From Paludibacteraceae bacterium (GTDB taxonomy: Bacteria; Bacteroidota; Bacteroidia; Bacteroidales; Paludibacteraceae), in assembly GCA_018433525.1 (NCBI GenBank), contig JAHDRA010000012.1:52588-116587 (forward strand): DNA of 64,000 bases. Reading direction: 5' to 3'. The notes beneath the pieces were generated by a model. That model saw only the letters and a list, made by a program, of their open reading frames with translations. It ran no database searches and was not told the DNA's origin. Below, in pieces: positions 49,033 to 60,445 of this stretch (positions are counted from its first letter, which is position 1; the number at the start of each line of letters is the position of its first letter). The translations under genes and the position numbers were made by a program.

Positions 49033-49650
49033 TTATTTATTGATGATTACGATTGAACCTTTAGCTCCGGGAACAGAACCTTTGACCAGCAATAAATTAT
49101 GTTCCGGAATAATTTTTAATACCTGCAAATTTTGAACGGTTACTTTATCGCCTCCCATGCGTCCACCCATTCTCATACCTTTAAATACACGCGACGGAAA
49201 AGAAGAAGCTCCTAAAGAACCGGGCGCTCTCTGTCGGTTGTGCTGACCGTGAGTTGTCTCTCCAACTCCCGAAAATTTATGTCTTTTTACAACGCCTTGA
49301 TACCCTTTTCCTTTTGAAGTACCTACTACATCGACAAAAGTACTTCCGTCAAAGATTTCAACTGTGATAACATCACCCAATTTAAAATCTCCTTCAAATC
49401 CCTTGAACTCAACCAAGTGTCTTTGTGGCGCTACTCCTGCAACTTTAAAATGTCCTGCTTCCGGCTTGTTGGTATGTTTTGGTTTCTTTTCTTCAAAACC
49501 TACCTGAACAGCTTCATAACCGTCGGTTTCAATGCTTTTAATTTGAGTAACAACACAAGGACCAGCTTCGATAACAGTGCATGGAACATTTTTTCCATCA
49601 GCACTGAAAACGGATGTCATTCCGATTTTTTTCCCTATTAATCCTGGCAT
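49033..49650 (-). CDS. rplC: 50S ribosomal protein L3
   Basis: 205 aa, starting [15 protein letters not shown]. Confidence 0.97.
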   Translation of the reverse strand: MPGLIGKKIGMTSVFSADGKNVPCTVIEAGPCVVTQIKSIETDGYEAVQVGFEEKKPKHTNKPEAGHFKVAGVAPQRHLVEFKGFEGDFKLGDVITVEIFDGSTFVDVVGTSKGKGYQGVVKRHKFSGVGETTHGQHNRQRAPGSLGASSFPSRVFKGMRMGGRMGGDKVTVQNLQVLKIIPEHNLLLVKGSVPGAKGSIVIINK

Positions 49651-49769
49651 TTCAATTGTTTGTTTTTTTCTGTCTTTCGTAAACGAGAGACAGAAAGTTG
49701 ATAGCTTATTTTATAATTAAATATTTTTCAAATTTCCTGATCTTTGAGGTTTATAACCCTCAAATTTTG

Positions 49770-50075
49770 TCAGACTTTAATTTCAACTTCAACTCCGCTG
49801 GGTAATTCCAACTTCATCAGTGCATCTACCGTTTTGCTGGTGGAACTGTAAATATCGATCAACCTTTTGTAGGATGACAATTCAAACTGTTCGCGCGACT
49901 TTTTGTTGACAAAGGTGGAACGATTTACCGTAAAAATTCTTTTATGGGTGGGAAGCGGAATTGGACCACTTACTACTGCACCTGTTGCCTTCACCGTTTT
50001 TACGATTTTTTCGGCTGACTTGTCAACCAGATTGTAATCGTATGATTTCAATTTAATTCTAATTTTTTGACTCAT
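49770..50075 (-). CDS. rpsJ: 30S ribosomal protein S10
   Basis: 101 aa, starting [18 protein letters not shown]. Confidence 0.97.
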   Translation of the reverse strand: MSQKIRIKLKSYDYNLVDKSAEKIVKTVKATGAVVSGPIPLPTHKRIFTVNRSTFVNKKSREQFELSSYKRLIDIYSSTSKTVDALMKLELPSGVEVEIKV

Positions 50076-50144
50076 CGCTGATGATTTTGTTTTAGTGTGT
50101 TTAATTTTTAATTAAGAGTCATTTACTAATTAAAAATGTATTCA

Positions 50145-52268
50145 TTAATAATGTAATAATTCAACTTTTCCTTTTGCTTCAGCCACTACTTCCCTTGCTA
50201 ACGAATTGGAGACTTCCGCATAATGTGAAAATTCCATTGAAGAAGTTGCACGACCGGATGTTATGGTTCGAAGTGCGGTAACATAACCGAACATTTCTGC
50301 CAAAGGAACTTTTGCCTTTATAATACGTGCTCCGGTTCGGCTCGATTCCATGCCTTCAACCTGTCCTCTCCGCTTATTCAAGTCGGCAATTACGTCGCCC
50401 ATGCTTTCTTCTGGAGTAACCACTTCAATTTTCATGATAGGTTCCAATAAAACCGGTTTGGCTTTCGTGCAGGCATTCTTAAATGCAATCTGAGCACAAA
50501 TTTCAAACGAAAGTTGATCAGAATCGACAGGATGGAACGAGCCATCCAATACCGTAACCTTTAAGCGGTCGACAGGGAATCCTGCTAAAACTCCATTTTT
50601 CATAGCCGACTGGAAACCTTTCTGGATGGAAGGAATATATTCTTTGGGAATATTTCCGCCCTTTACCATATCTATAAATTGCAAACTTCCTTCAAAATCG
50701 TTATCGGCAGGCTCCACGCGAACAATAATATCGGCAAATTTACCGCGTCCACCGGTCTGCTTTTTATACACTTCGCGTATTTCTACAGGCTGTGTAATGG
50801 CTTCCTTGTAGGCAACCTGTGGCCTTCCCTGATTGCATTCAACCTTAAACTCACGTCGCAATCGGTCGATAATAATTTCCAAATGAAGTTCACCCATTCC
50901 ACTAATAATGGTCTGACCTGATTGCTCATCGGTATGTACAGTGAACGTTGGATCTTCTTCTGCCAATTTTGACAATCCTACGCCAAGCTTATCGAGATCT
51001 TTTTGTGTTTTCGGTTCAATGCTGATTCCGATAACTGGTTCGGGGAAATCCATCGATTCCAGCACAATGGGATGGTTTTCATCGCAAAGGGTATCTCCTG
51101 TTTTAATATCCTTAAATCCGACACCGGCTCCAATATCTCCTGCGGAAATCATATCTACAGGATTCTGTTTGTTGGAATGCATTTGGAAAATACGGGAAAT
51201 TCTTTCCTTTTTATCTGTTCGCGGATTGTATACGTAAGAACCCGACTCAAGTTTTCCAGAATAAACACGGAAATAGCACAAACGTCCCACATAAGGGTCG
51301 GTGGCAATTTTGAAAGCCAATGCACACAGAGGTTCATTGGGGTCGGGATGACGAACCACTGTTTTATCTTCGTAACGCGGATCTTTTCCAACGATTTCGG
51401 GATTGTCGAGTGGACTCGGAAGGTAAGCACAAACTGCATCAAGCATGGTTTGTATTCCCTTATTTTTAAATGCAGAACCGCAAATAACCGGATTAATTTC
51501 CTTTGCTAATGTTCCTTTACGAATAGCTGCCTTAATTTCATCTTCAGTTATTTTAGAAGGATCATCAAAGAATTTCTCCATCACTGCATCATCATATTCA
51601 GCTACAATTTCCAGCATTTTTTCTCGCCATTCGCGGGCATCATTCACCAAATCGGCTGGAATTTCTTCTTCCGAATATTCAGCTCCCATTGTTTCGTCGT
51701 GCCAGAAAATGGCTTTCATTTTTATCAAGTCCACCACACCTTTGAATTTCTCTTCAGCGCCTATGGGGATTTGAATTGGGCAGGGTTTAGCACCCAAGAC
51801 TTCTCTGATTTGGCGAACCACTTCAAAGAAATCGGCTCCCGAGCGATCCATTTTATTGACAAAACATAAACGAGGAACATTATATTTGTCGGCTTGCCGC
51901 CAAACTGTTTCCGATTGTGGTTCAACACCACCAACGGCACAAAAAGTTGCAACGGCTCCGTCGAGAATTCGAAGCGAACGTTCTACTTCAACAGTGAAGT
52001 CAACGTGCCCCGGAGTGTCAATCAAATTTATTTTATATTGATGCTGATTGTAATTCCAATAAGTAGTAGTTGCAGCGGATGTAATGGTAATGCCTCGTTC
52101 CTGTTCCTGTTCCATCCAGTCCATAGTGGCAGCGCCATCATGAACTTCTCCGATTTTATGTGTTAAACCGGTGTAAAACAAGATTCGTTCGGAGGTAGTG
52201 GTTTTCCCGGCATCGATGTGAGCCATGATGCCAATATTTCTTGTATAACTTAAATCTACTTTCGCCAT
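50145..52268 (-). CDS. fusA: Translation elongation factor G
   Basis: 707 aa with the G domain [15 protein letters not shown] and DTPGHVDF. Confidence 0.98.
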   Translation of the reverse strand: MAKVDLSYTRNIGIMAHIDAGKTTTSERILFYTGLTHKIGEVHDGAATMDWMEQEQERGITITSAATTTYWNYNQHQYKINLIDTPGHVDFTVEVERSLRILDGAVATFCAVGGVEPQSETVWRQADKYNVPRLCFVNKMDRSGADFFEVVRQIREVLGAKPCPIQIPIGAEEKFKGVVDLIKMKAIFWHDETMGAEYSEEEIPADLVNDAREWREKMLEIVAEYDDAVMEKFFDDPSKITEDEIKAAIRKGTLAKEINPVICGSAFKNKGIQTMLDAVCAYLPSPLDNPEIVGKDPRYEDKTVVRHPDPNEPLCALAFKIATDPYVGRLCYFRVYSGKLESGSYVYNPRTDKKERISRIFQMHSNKQNPVDMISAGDIGAGVGFKDIKTGDTLCDENHPIVLESMDFPEPVIGISIEPKTQKDLDKLGVGLSKLAEEDPTFTVHTDEQSGQTIISGMGELHLEIIIDRLRREFKVECNQGRPQVAYKEAITQPVEIREVYKKQTGGRGKFADIIVRVEPADNDFEGSLQFIDMVKGGNIPKEYIPSIQKGFQSAMKNGVLAGFPVDRLKVTVLDGSFHPVDSDQLSFEICAQIAFKNACTKAKPVLLEPIMKIEVVTPEESMGDVIADLNKRRGQVEGMESSRTGARIIKAKVPLAEMFGYVTALRTITSGRATSSMEFSHYAEVSNSLAREVVAEAKGKVELLHY

Positions 52269-52287
52269 TTTAAAAAAATTCCTTCAA

Positions 52288-52764
52288 TTAAAATTTAAAG
52301 TGTGCAAACGCACGATTAGCTTCCGCCATACGATGAATATCTTCTTTGCGTTTATAAGCTCCACCCTGACTGTTGAAAGCATCCACGATTTCGGCAGCCA
52401 GCTTGTCGGACATGGAATGCCCTCCTCGTTTACGAGCATATAGAATTAAATTTTTCATCGAAATGGATTCTTTCCGTTCAGGACGGATTTCTGTGGGAAC
52501 CTGGAAAGTAGCTCCACCAACACGGCGAGACCTAACTTCGACCAAAGGTGTTACATTTTCAAGTGCTTTTTTCCAGATTTCAAGAGAGGATTTCTCTTCG
52601 TTGGGGAGTTTGTTTTTTACATTCTCGAGTGCAGAATAAAAAATATCGAAAGCAATGGATTTTTTGCCATCGAACATAAGATGGTTGACAAATTTTGTTA
52701 CCATCGGATCATTGAAAATCGGATCAGGTAATACGACCCTTCTTTTAGGTTTCGATTTTCTCAT
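52288..52764 (-). CDS. rpsG: 30S ribosomal protein S7
   Basis: 158 aa, in the conserved str-operon position. Confidence 0.97.
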   Translation of the reverse strand: MRKSKPKRRVVLPDPIFNDPMVTKFVNHLMFDGKKSIAFDIFYSALENVKNKLPNEEKSSLEIWKKALENVTPLVEVRSRRVGGATFQVPTEIRPERKESISMKNLILYARKRGGHSMSDKLAAEIVDAFNSQGGAYKRKEDIHRMAEANRAFAHFKF

Positions 52765-52931
52765 TTTTTATTAAAAATTTCCGTTTTTGTTTTTAGTTGC
52801 TTTCTTAGTATGCTTCAACGACTTCTTTAAGTCATTTACTCAACTATCATCTGCTTCCTGAAAAACTCAAACAAGTGTTTAAACTTGAATTGATTTTATA
52901 TATTCAAAAAAATATAACCTTATTATTTAAA

Positions 52932-52951
52932 AAACTTCACTTCTGAAGTTT
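52932..52951 (-). terminator. Terminator-like hairpin immediately after rpsL (possible partial terminator or attenuator inside the str operon)
   Basis: The minus strand reads AAACTTCA-gaag-TGAAGTTT followed by TTTTAAA. It starts about 5 nt after the rpsL stop. Confidence 0.4.
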
Positions 52952-52955
52952 AATT

Positions 52956-53366
52956 TTATTTTTTCTTGCCTGTTGATGCAGCTGCGGGTTGTCCTTTTTT
53001 AGGACGTTTGGCTCCGTATTTTGAACGACGCTGCAGACGACCATTCACTCCCGCCGTGTCGAGCGTACCTCTAACAATGTGATAACGAACACCCGGCAAA
53101 TCTTTTACACGACCTCCGCGAACCAGTACAATAGAGTGTTCCTGCAAATTGTGTCCCTCGCCCGGTATATAGGCATTTACTTCCTTCTGATTTGTCAGAC
53201 GCACACGAGCAACCTTGCGCAAAGCAGAATTTGGTTTCTTGGGCGTAGTAGTGTAAACACGGATACATACTCCTCTGCGTTGTGGACATGAATCCAAAGC
53301 AGGTGATTTACTTTTATCAACGAGTTCTGTCCTTCCTTTTCTAACTAATTGTTGAATTGTAGGCAT
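52956..53366 (-). CDS. rpsL: 30S ribosomal protein S12
   Basis: 136 aa, starting [12 protein letters not shown], with [14 protein letters not shown]. Confidence 0.98.
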   Translation of the reverse strand: MPTIQQLVRKGRTELVDKSKSPALDSCPQRRGVCIRVYTTTPKKPNSALRKVARVRLTNQKEVNAYIPGEGHNLQEHSIVLVRGGRVKDLPGVRYHIVRGTLDTAGVNGRLQRRSKYGAKRPKKGQPAAASTGKKK

Positions 53367-53423
53367 TTTATTATTAGTTGTATAAATATTTTTGAGTTCT
53401 TGATTTCTTATTCAAACGGGTTG

Positions 53424-53431
53424 CAAAGTTA
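53424..53431 (-). promoter_or_regulatory. Candidate -7 box (TAacTTTG) of the str/ribosomal operon promoter
   Basis: An exact TAnnTTTG match on the minus strand, about 58 nt upstream of the rpsL ATG. An ATTG lies 19 nt further upstream as a weak -33. Confidence 0.5.
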
Positions 53432-53669
53432 GGAATTATTTTTTTATTTACAATGCAATCCTCAATATTTTTTTAAAAATTCATTATCTATTTGCTTTTC
53501 TGCCTCTTAAAAGCATTCGACCCGAAAAGAATTTGGCTTAGTGAGTCCGGAATTTCCGCAAAAAAACCTTCTTGCGGCAAAAAAGAGAATCGGTTTTTCA
53601 ATTGTTTATAACAAAAACGATGATTTTAGAAATGAGAAATTATTTCAGCACGTGAAAAAATTTTTTCTG

Positions 53670-55463
53670 TTACATTCTTTCCGGAACTTCTATACCCAGC
53701 AATGCCATACCATCCTTAATCACGTCAGCAATAGCCGAAGAAAGAACCAATCTGAAATTGCGCAAATCGGTATTTTCTTCTTTCAAAATGGAATAATCGT
53801 GATAAAACTGATTGTATTCTTTTACTAACTCATAAAGGAAATTGGCTATCAGGGCAGGATTAAATTCATCACCTGCTTCCTTCACCATTAGAGGAAATTC
53901 GGTAAGAAGTTGAACAAGATAGCGTTCCTTTTGAGAGATGGAAAGGTTCAAGTTATTCAATTTACCAAAAGAAATTGACTGTTCTTGAGCTTTTCGCAAA
54001 ACCGAACGAATCCGTGCATGGGTATATTGAATGAAAGGCCCTGTATTTCCATTGAAATCTATCGATTCTTTTGGATTAAAAGTCATGTTCTTTCGTGGAT
54101 CCACTTTCAATATAAAATATTTTAAGGCACCCAATGCTACCATACGAACGATATTTTCAACTTCTTCGGGAGAACAACCATCAAGTTTTCCCAGTTCTTC
54201 AGAAGTTTCACGCGCTGTTCGAAGCATTTCATCAATTAAATCATCTGCATCTACCACCGTACCTTCACGACTTTTCATTTTTCCGTTCGGCAATTCAACC
54301 ATACCGTAGGAAAAATGTACCAGACTTTTTCCCCATTCAAATCCCAACTTGTCGAGCAAAATGGAAAGAACCTGAAAATGATAATTTTGTTCATTCCCTA
54401 CCACATAAACCATTTTCTTGATAGGAAAATCATCATAACGAACTTTTGCCGTGCCAATGTCCTGAGTCATATACACTGAAGTGCCATCAGCTCTCAGCAG
54501 TAATTTTTCGTCCAGACCGTCATCCCTTAAATCAGCCCAAACCGAACCATCGGGACGACGATAAAAAATGCCTTTGCCCAAGCCCTCTTCAACTATTTTT
54601 TTCCCAACAAGATAGGTTTCGGATTCGTAATAAATTTTATCAAAATCAATTCCCAATTTACGATAGGTTTCATTAAAACCTTCATAGACCCAACCATTCA
54701 TTGTTTCCCAAAGTTTACGAACTTCAGGATCGTTGTTTTCCCATGCCAAAAGCATTTTCTGAGCTTCCTGCATCAACGGAGCCGATTTTTTGGCTTCCTC
54801 TTCGCTCCATCCTTCTTCGACGAGTTCCCTGACTTGTTGCTTATACGCCTGATCGAACAACACATAATATTTCCCCACCAGATGATCACCCTTTAAACCT
54901 GAACTTTGAGGCGTTTCGCCATTACCAAACAATTTCCAAGCAAGCATGGACTTACAAATGTGAATGCCTCGATCGTTTACCAAGTTTGTTTTAACAACTT
55001 TCCATCCATTGGCTTCCTGAATTTGAGCAATACTCCATCCCAGCAAATTGTTGCGTACATGTCCCAGATGCAAGGGCTTGTTGGTGTTGGGTGAAGAATA
55101 TTCAATCATCATCAAGTCGGCATTTTCTTTCAGCTTAACTTTCCAAAAATCCTTCTGTAGAAATATCTCATTCAACCTTTCGAGCCAATATGAAACACTA
55201 ATTTTCAGATTCAGATAACCTTTCACCACATTATAATCTTCAATCACGGATGAACTCTTCAACAAATTATCGCCAATTTCTTTCCCTATCTGTTCAGGAG
55301 ACTTGCGTAATAACTTGATGAACGGAAAAAGCACAACCGTCATATCGCCTTCAAATTCCTTTCGCGTTTTCTGAACTTGAAGAGGATTTTGACCGATTTC
55401 CAACCCATATAATTGTTGTAAAGCTTGTTCAACCAGCTGTTGAATGGTGTGTTCTAAATTCAT
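53670..55463 (-). CDS. argS: Arginine--tRNA ligase
   Basis: It has the class I HIGH-like NKPLHLGHVRN and the KMSKS-like GKMKSREG. The track start at 55490 is a GTG. I prefer the ATG at 55463 (MNLEHTIQQ...). Confidence 0.95.
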   Translation of the reverse strand: MNLEHTIQQLVEQALQQLYGLEIGQNPLQVQKTRKEFEGDMTVVLFPFIKLLRKSPEQIGKEIGDNLLKSSSVIEDYNVVKGYLNLKISVSYWLERLNEIFLQKDFWKVKLKENADLMMIEYSSPNTNKPLHLGHVRNNLLGWSIAQIQEANGWKVVKTNLVNDRGIHICKSMLAWKLFGNGETPQSSGLKGDHLVGKYYVLFDQAYKQQVRELVEEGWSEEEAKKSAPLMQEAQKMLLAWENNDPEVRKLWETMNGWVYEGFNETYRKLGIDFDKIYYESETYLVGKKIVEEGLGKGIFYRRPDGSVWADLRDDGLDEKLLLRADGTSVYMTQDIGTAKVRYDDFPIKKMVYVVGNEQNYHFQVLSILLDKLGFEWGKSLVHFSYGMVELPNGKMKSREGTVVDADDLIDEMLRTARETSEELGKLDGCSPEEVENIVRMVALGALKYFILKVDPRKNMTFNPKESIDFNGNTGPFIQYTHARIRSVLRKAQEQSISFGKLNNLNLSISQKERYLVQLLTEFPLMVKEAGDEFNPALIANFLYELVKEYNQFYHDYSILKEENTDLRNFRLVLSSAIADVIKDGMALLGIEVPERM

Positions 55464-55644
55464 TTCCAATTGTTTTGAAATTTGGGGCACAAAGTTACAA
55501 AAAAAAATGCATGTTAAGATGGCGTTAGACTAATGAAGCAAGATAAAAAGCTTTTACCAAAATGATGAAAAAAACTATTTCAACATGAGAAAAAATGAAA
55601 AACAAGCAAACTTCCATTTAAAGATATTCAAAAAGCTTACTCAA

Positions 55645-55690
55645 ATAAAAAACGCACAAACAAATGCAACAATTTGCATAAATTTGTGCG
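55645..55690 (-). terminator. Rho-independent terminator of ssrA
   Basis: The outer stem is CGCACAAA...TTTGTGCG with an inner ATGCAA/TTGCAT stem. On the minus strand it is followed by TTTTTTATTT. It lies about 35 nt after the tmRNA 3' end. Confidence 0.65.
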
Positions 55691-55726
55691 ATTCCTAATA
55701 AAGTAATTGAAAATTAATGAATTTTG

Positions 55727-56123
55727 TGGAGCTGGAGGGAGTTGAACCCTCGTCCAAACATGGAAACAATATGCTTTCTACATGCTTAGCTTCGCTTGGT
55801 TTTTCGTGTACAGGCAAGGCCGAAGCTACCAACCTGTACCTTATCCTCTATGGTTTTCATTGCATTTACGAGGCTAAATGCAACTATCCTCGATTTTGCT
55901 GCACCTCCGTATCAAGCTGCCTCGAGGAGAGGGCGCTTGGAAGATGTCTCGTCCCCGCACCTTGTGCAGGGATAAAGCTTAATCTACTATACTTCGATCA
56001 AGCAGCGAGAGCGTAATTAGTTTCGCCAGTTAATTTTTTGAGATTCGGGATTAACGAGCCGTAAACTCAGCGCTCGACATGCTTACATACCTTTTCTACA
56101 TGTTGTCAAATCCATGCAGCCCC
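55727..56123 (-). ncRNA. ssrA: tmRNA (SsrA)
   Basis: The minus-strand 5' end is GGGGCTGCATGGATTTGAC. The 3' tRNA-like end is GGGTTCAACTCCCTCCAGCTCCA. The tag reading frame GGCGAAACTAATTACGCTCTCGCTGCTTGA encodes GETNYALAA* (55998-56027). Track ORF 55717..56016 is spurious. Confidence 0.93.
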
Positions 56124-56139
56124 ATAATTTCAAAGATCC

Positions 56140-57660
56140 TTACTTGGCATAGCTTACTGCTCTTGTTTCTCTGATAACAGTAATTTTAACCTGACCGGGA
56201 TATGTCATTTCATCCTGTATGCGTTTTGCTATATCGAATGAAAGCAATTCTGCTTCCTTATCATCTATTTTATCGGCACCGACAATCACCCGCAATTCTC
56301 TTCCTGCCTGAATGGCATAAGTTTTCAGAACGCCCGGATAAGAAAGTGCCAAATCTTCCAAATCCTTCAATCGCTTTATGTAAGCTTCTACAATTTCGCG
56401 ACGAGCTCCGGGACGAGCGCCCGATATGGCATCGCATACCTGAACGATAGGAGCTATGAGCGATTCCATTTCGATTTCGTCGTGATGGGCTCCAATGGCG
56501 TTGCAGATATCGGGTTTTTCCTTGTATTTTTCAGCAAGTTTCATGCCAAGTATTGCATGTGGCAATTCCGGCTCATCGTCCGGAACTTTACCTATGTCAT
56601 GCAGCAATCCGGCTCTTTTCGCTTTTTTTACATTCAAGCCCAACTCGGCAGCCATTGTTGCACACAAATTGGCTGTTTCTCGTGAATGTTGCAACAAATT
56701 TTGACCATAGGAAAAACGATATTTCATTTTTCCCACCAAACGAATCAGTTCAGGATGAAGTCCATGAATCCCCAAATCGATGGTGGTACGTTTCCCTACT
56801 TCAATAATTTCTTCTTCCAGCTGCTTACGCACCTTGTTGACCACTTCTTCAATGCGTGCCGGATGAATACGTCCATCGGTAACCAACTGATGAAGAGAAA
56901 GCCGTGCAATCTCGCGTCGAACGGGATCAAAAGCCGACAGCACAATGGCTTCGGGCGTATCGTCCACAATGATTTCAACTCCGGTGGCAGCTTCAAGTGC
57001 ACGAATATTTCTTCCCTCGCGCCCAATAATGCGACCTTTGATTTCATCGGACTCTATATGGAACACCGTAACGGAATTTTCGATGGCCGTTTCAGTAGCC
57101 AACCGTTGAATGCTCTGAATGACAATTCTTTTGGCTTCCTTGTTGGCAGTCATCTTGGCTTCATCCATAATATCGTTGACATAAGCCATAGCTTCCGTTT
57201 TGGCTTCTTCTTTCAGCGATTCGATAAGCCGTTCTTTAGCCTGCTCGGAAGAAAGACCAGAAACAGTTTCCAATTGTTCCTGAGCCTGACGGATCAAATG
57301 TTCGAGTTCCTTTTTCTTGTTTTCGACAGTTAAAAACTGACTTTCCAAGTTCTCTTTCATCACATCCACTTCATTCATTTTTCGCTGCAATTCTCCCTGT
57401 TTTTGGTTGAGTTGCATTTCTCGCTGTTGAATTCGGGTCTCGGCTGCCTGAATTTTGGCATTTCTTTGCTGTACCTGTTGTTCGTGTTCGGCTTTCAGCG
57501 CAATAAACTTTTCCTTTACTTCAATCAGGTTGTTCTTTTTGATCAACTCCGCTTCGGCTTCGAGTTCTTTCAAAGCTTTTTTATGATTGCGTTTGAAGTA
57601 AATGAAACTACCGCCTACACCAACACCAAAAGATATTATAATGGCAATAATTAGATTCAT
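56140..57660 (-). CDS. rny: Ribonuclease Y
   Basis: 506 aa. It has an N-terminal TM helix, a coiled coil, a KH domain ([15 protein letters not shown]) and an HD domain (LLHDIGK). Confidence 0.96.
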   Translation of the reverse strand: MNLIIAIIISFGVGVGGSFIYFKRNHKKALKELEAEAELIKKNNLIEVKEKFIALKAEHEQQVQQRNAKIQAAETRIQQREMQLNQKQGELQRKMNEVDVMKENLESQFLTVENKKKELEHLIRQAQEQLETVSGLSSEQAKERLIESLKEEAKTEAMAYVNDIMDEAKMTANKEAKRIVIQSIQRLATETAIENSVTVFHIESDEIKGRIIGREGRNIRALEAATGVEIIVDDTPEAIVLSAFDPVRREIARLSLHQLVTDGRIHPARIEEVVNKVRKQLEEEIIEVGKRTTIDLGIHGLHPELIRLVGKMKYRFSYGQNLLQHSRETANLCATMAAELGLNVKKAKRAGLLHDIGKVPDDEPELPHAILGMKLAEKYKEKPDICNAIGAHHDEIEMESLIAPIVQVCDAISGARPGARREIVEAYIKRLKDLEDLALSYPGVLKTYAIQAGRELRVIVGADKIDDKEAELLSFDIAKRIQDEMTYPGQVKITVIRETRAVSYAK

Positions 57661-57813
57661 TTCGTATATATATTTATTTGATAAACAATTAATTACAATT
57701 TCAATTTGATAATAAAAAAACGCATTAACGTTGACAACTTCGGGTTAAAATTTTTTTAACCAACTAAACAACGTAATGCGAGAAAAATTGTTTGAAGAAC
57801 GATTCTTCGAAAA

Positions 57814-58125
57814 TTACTTTTCAGCCAATAATTTTTCCAGTTCCTGATTCAGAGAAGACACTTTTTCTGCCAGAGGCGCAGTATCCTGCTGCATCATTTT
57901 TCTGACAAGCATTACTGCAAGCTCGTAGGCAACAAAAATAAAAACTTCTTCTGCCGACCGGTGACTGTATTTCTTTTGATAAACTTCCAGATATTTTCCC
58001 AAAACTTTTTCTGCCAATCGATACAACTCTTCTTCTTTGCGTTCAATTCTCAATGGCAACCTGTAACCGCCTATCTGTACATTTATTAAAAAAGTATCGT
58101 TTTCGTTCATAACCGCTCTAATCAT
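57814..58125 (-). CDS. zapA: Cell division protein ZapA
   Basis: 103 aa. INVQIGGYRLPLRIERKEEELYRLAEKVL is typical of Bacteroidetes ZapA. The start is ambiguous, with an alternative ATG at 58110. Confidence 0.8.
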   Translation of the reverse strand: MIRAVMNENDTFLINVQIGGYRLPLRIERKEEELYRLAEKVLGKYLEVYQKKYSHRSAEEVFIFVAYELAVMLVRKMMQQDTAPLAEKVSSLNQELEKLLAEK

Positions 58126-58414
58126 TTAACAAAAGAGCCAAACACTTATCAATTTCCCGCACCAGTTTGTTGATTTGCTGCTTTGACTTGATCCGATCTT
58201 CATCAGAAAGGGACAAAGTTTTAGCAATTCGCAAATGGTCATAATTTTTTTGAAGCTCGGAAAACTTGACTTTTAAGAGTTCAATATCTTGTTCTTTATT
58301 GCTCAACTGCGCTCTTAACAACGAATTTTCCTCCTGCAATGACTTGAAATCCTCCATCAGCTTTCGCAGATTGGATTCAAAAGTTGCGACCAAATCATCA
58401 TAAGAATGCGTCAT
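58118..58414 (-). CDS. Coiled-coil protein upstream of zapA (ZapB-like?)
   Basis: The track start at 58444 overlaps a perfect -7 promoter box. I prefer the ATG at 58414 (MTHSYDDLVATFES...). It is heptad-rich. Confidence 0.6.
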   Translation of the reverse strand: MTHSYDDLVATFESNLRKLMEDFKSLQEENSLLRAQLSNKEQDIELLKVKFSELQKNYDHLRIAKTLSLSDEDRIKSKQQINKLVREIDKCLALLLND

Positions 58415-58433
58415 TTTATCAAAAAAATCTATA

Positions 58434-58441
58434 CAAAAATA
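58434..58441 (-). promoter_or_regulatory. Candidate -7 box (TAttTTTG) for the coiled-coil/zapA operon
   Basis: An exact TAnnTTTG match on the minus strand, about 20 nt upstream of the ATG at 58414. Confidence 0.5.
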
Positions 58442-58580
58442 CATTTTTCAGTCGAAATTCATATACGAAATTACCTTTTTTTTCGTATATTGATAATAAT
58501 TATTGTTTTTAAATTATTTTTAATAAATGTATTTGTGCTCTAAATTGTTTAAATAACAGGATTCGAGAATAAATAATCCG

Positions 58581-58588
58581 TATTTTTG
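58581..58588 (+). promoter_or_regulatory. Candidate -7 box (TAttTTTG) for ispG
   Basis: An exact TAnnTTTG match, 20 nt upstream of the ATG at 58608. Confidence 0.5.
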
Positions 58589-58607
58589 CAAAAAATTTCG
58601 TAACATC

Positions 58608-60401
58608 ATGTGGAAAATAGATCCTTTCAATTATCAGCGTCGCCCCAGCACCGAAGTCCGCATCGGCCAACTTTTGATGGGAGGCACTCAACCGATCAGA
58701 ATTCAATCGATGACCAATACCGACACAAATAACATAGAAGCATCGTTAGAGCAATGCATCCGACTGATTCGTGCCGGCAGTGAACTGGTTCGCTTTACCA
58801 CTCAAGGAAACAGAGAAGCGGAAAGTTTAAAAAAAATTCACGATTTATTGCGTGATAAAGGGTATCAAACTCCGTTGTCGGCCGATGTGCATTTTAACGC
58901 CAATGTGGCCGATGTGGTGGCTCAATATGTAGAAAAAGTCCGTATCAATCCCGGTAATTATCTGGGAAGCAACAGAGGAAACATTACTTCCGATTATAGT
59001 GATGAAGAATATAAAGCTGAATATGAAAGGATAAGAAAACGCTTTAAACAGTTACTGAATATTTGTAATAAACATCAAACGGCGCTTCGTATTGGTGTCA
59101 ATCATGGTTCTTTGAGCGAAAGAATTATGAATCGGTATGGAGATACGGCTGAAGGCATGGTAGAATCATGCATGGAATTTCTTCGGATTTGCAGAGAAGA
59201 AAATTTTCACAACGTGGTGATTTCCATGAAAGCATCCAACACCCTTACCATGATTCATTCGGTTAGAATGCTGGTGGAAAGGATGGAAGCTGAAAATTTT
59301 CATTTCCCTTTGCATTTGGGCGTTACGGAAGCAGGCAATGAAGAGGAAGGCCGAATCAAATCGGCAGTGGGAATTGGCACCCTTCTTTCCGAAGGAATTG
59401 GAGATACCATAAGGGTTTCGCTGAGCGAAGACCCGGAAGCAGAAATTCCTGTAGCTCGAAAACTGATTTCTTATATTGACGCAAAAAAAAATCACGAACC
59501 AATAATTGCCGAGAAAAACTTCCAACATTCTCCTTTCAATTATCATCGACGGACAACACATGCCGTAGAAAATATAGGAGGAAATAATGTTCCTGTGGTT
59601 ATAGCTCACACAAAAGAAAATTTTGAGATTACTCCCGATTATTATTTCGCCGAAAATCAGATAATAAACATCCACAATGAAGTTTTTCCCATTTTTGACA
59701 TCGATGAAAAAGAAAAAATAATAAAACATTCCTCCCGCATCAAGTTCCTAAAAATGTCGTTCCCCGAACTGACAAAAGAAAATGTGCATTTTCTTAAAAA
59801 CACGGCCGATACAGTGGTTATTCTCGAAAGCCATCATAAAAATGCACCGGCTGAACAAAAAGCTTTTTTTCATTCACTTATGAATGCCGGTTGCACAGTT
59901 CCCGTAATCGTTACGCAAAGCTATAAAGAAAACATAGAGGAAGACTTGGAAATCAAAGCCGGGGTTGATTTTGGTATGTTATTTGTTGAGGGATTCGGCG
60001 ATGGAATTTTTTTAAAAAATGAAGGAACCATCCCGTCCGAAAAACTTAATTCCATAGCGTTTGGAATTTTGCAGGCAACAAGGGCAAGAATCTCAAAAAC
60101 CGAATTTATTTCCTGTCCCGGTTGCGGTAGAACAATGTTCGACCTTCAAACCGTTGTTTCCCGAATAAAGTCAAAAACTTCTCACTTAAAAGGATTAAAA
60201 ATCGGCATTATGGGTTGCATTGTCAATGGAATAGGAGAAATGGCCGATGCCGATTACGGATACGTTGGAGCAGGGCGAGGTAAAGTTAGTTTATACAAGA
60301 AAAAGATTTGTGTTGAAAAAAATATTCCTGAAGAAGAAGCGGTGGAAAAATTGATCGAACTCATTAAAATAAATGGCGACTGGACAGAACCTATTTCTTA
60401 A
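58608..60401 (+). CDS. ispG: 4-hydroxy-3-methylbut-2-enyl diphosphate synthase (long, insert-containing form)
   Basis: 597 aa with IRIQSMTNTDT, RINPGN, and C-terminal FeS ligands in ISCPGCGRT and GCIVNGIGE. Confidence 0.95.
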   Translation: MWKIDPFNYQRRPSTEVRIGQLLMGGTQPIRIQSMTNTDTNNIEASLEQCIRLIRAGSELVRFTTQGNREAESLKKIHDLLRDKGYQTPLSADVHFNANVADVVAQYVEKVRINPGNYLGSNRGNITSDYSDEEYKAEYERIRKRFKQLLNICNKHQTALRIGVNHGSLSERIMNRYGDTAEGMVESCMEFLRICREENFHNVVISMKASNTLTMIHSVRMLVERMEAENFHFPLHLGVTEAGNEEEGRIKSAVGIGTLLSEGIGDTIRVSLSEDPEAEIPVARKLISYIDAKKNHEPIIAEKNFQHSPFNYHRRTTHAVENIGGNNVPVVIAHTKENFEITPDYYFAENQIINIHNEVFPIFDIDEKEKIIKHSSRIKFLKMSFPELTKENVHFLKNTADTVVILESHHKNAPAEQKAFFHSLMNAGCTVPVIVTQSYKENIEEDLEIKAGVDFGMLFVEGFGDGIFLKNEGTIPSEKLNSIAFGILQATRARISKTEFISCPGCGRTMFDLQTVVSRIKSKTSHLKGLKIGIMGCIVNGIGEMADADYGYVGAGRGKVSLYKKKICVEKNIPEEEAVEKLIELIKINGDWTEPIS

Positions 60402-60445
60402 TTCTGTGCTTCGCAATTTTTTCTGTATTTATTATCAACCAAAAA

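Noticed and set aside
55717-56016. A 99-aa plus-strand ORF
   Set aside because: It lies antisense within the tmRNA gene.
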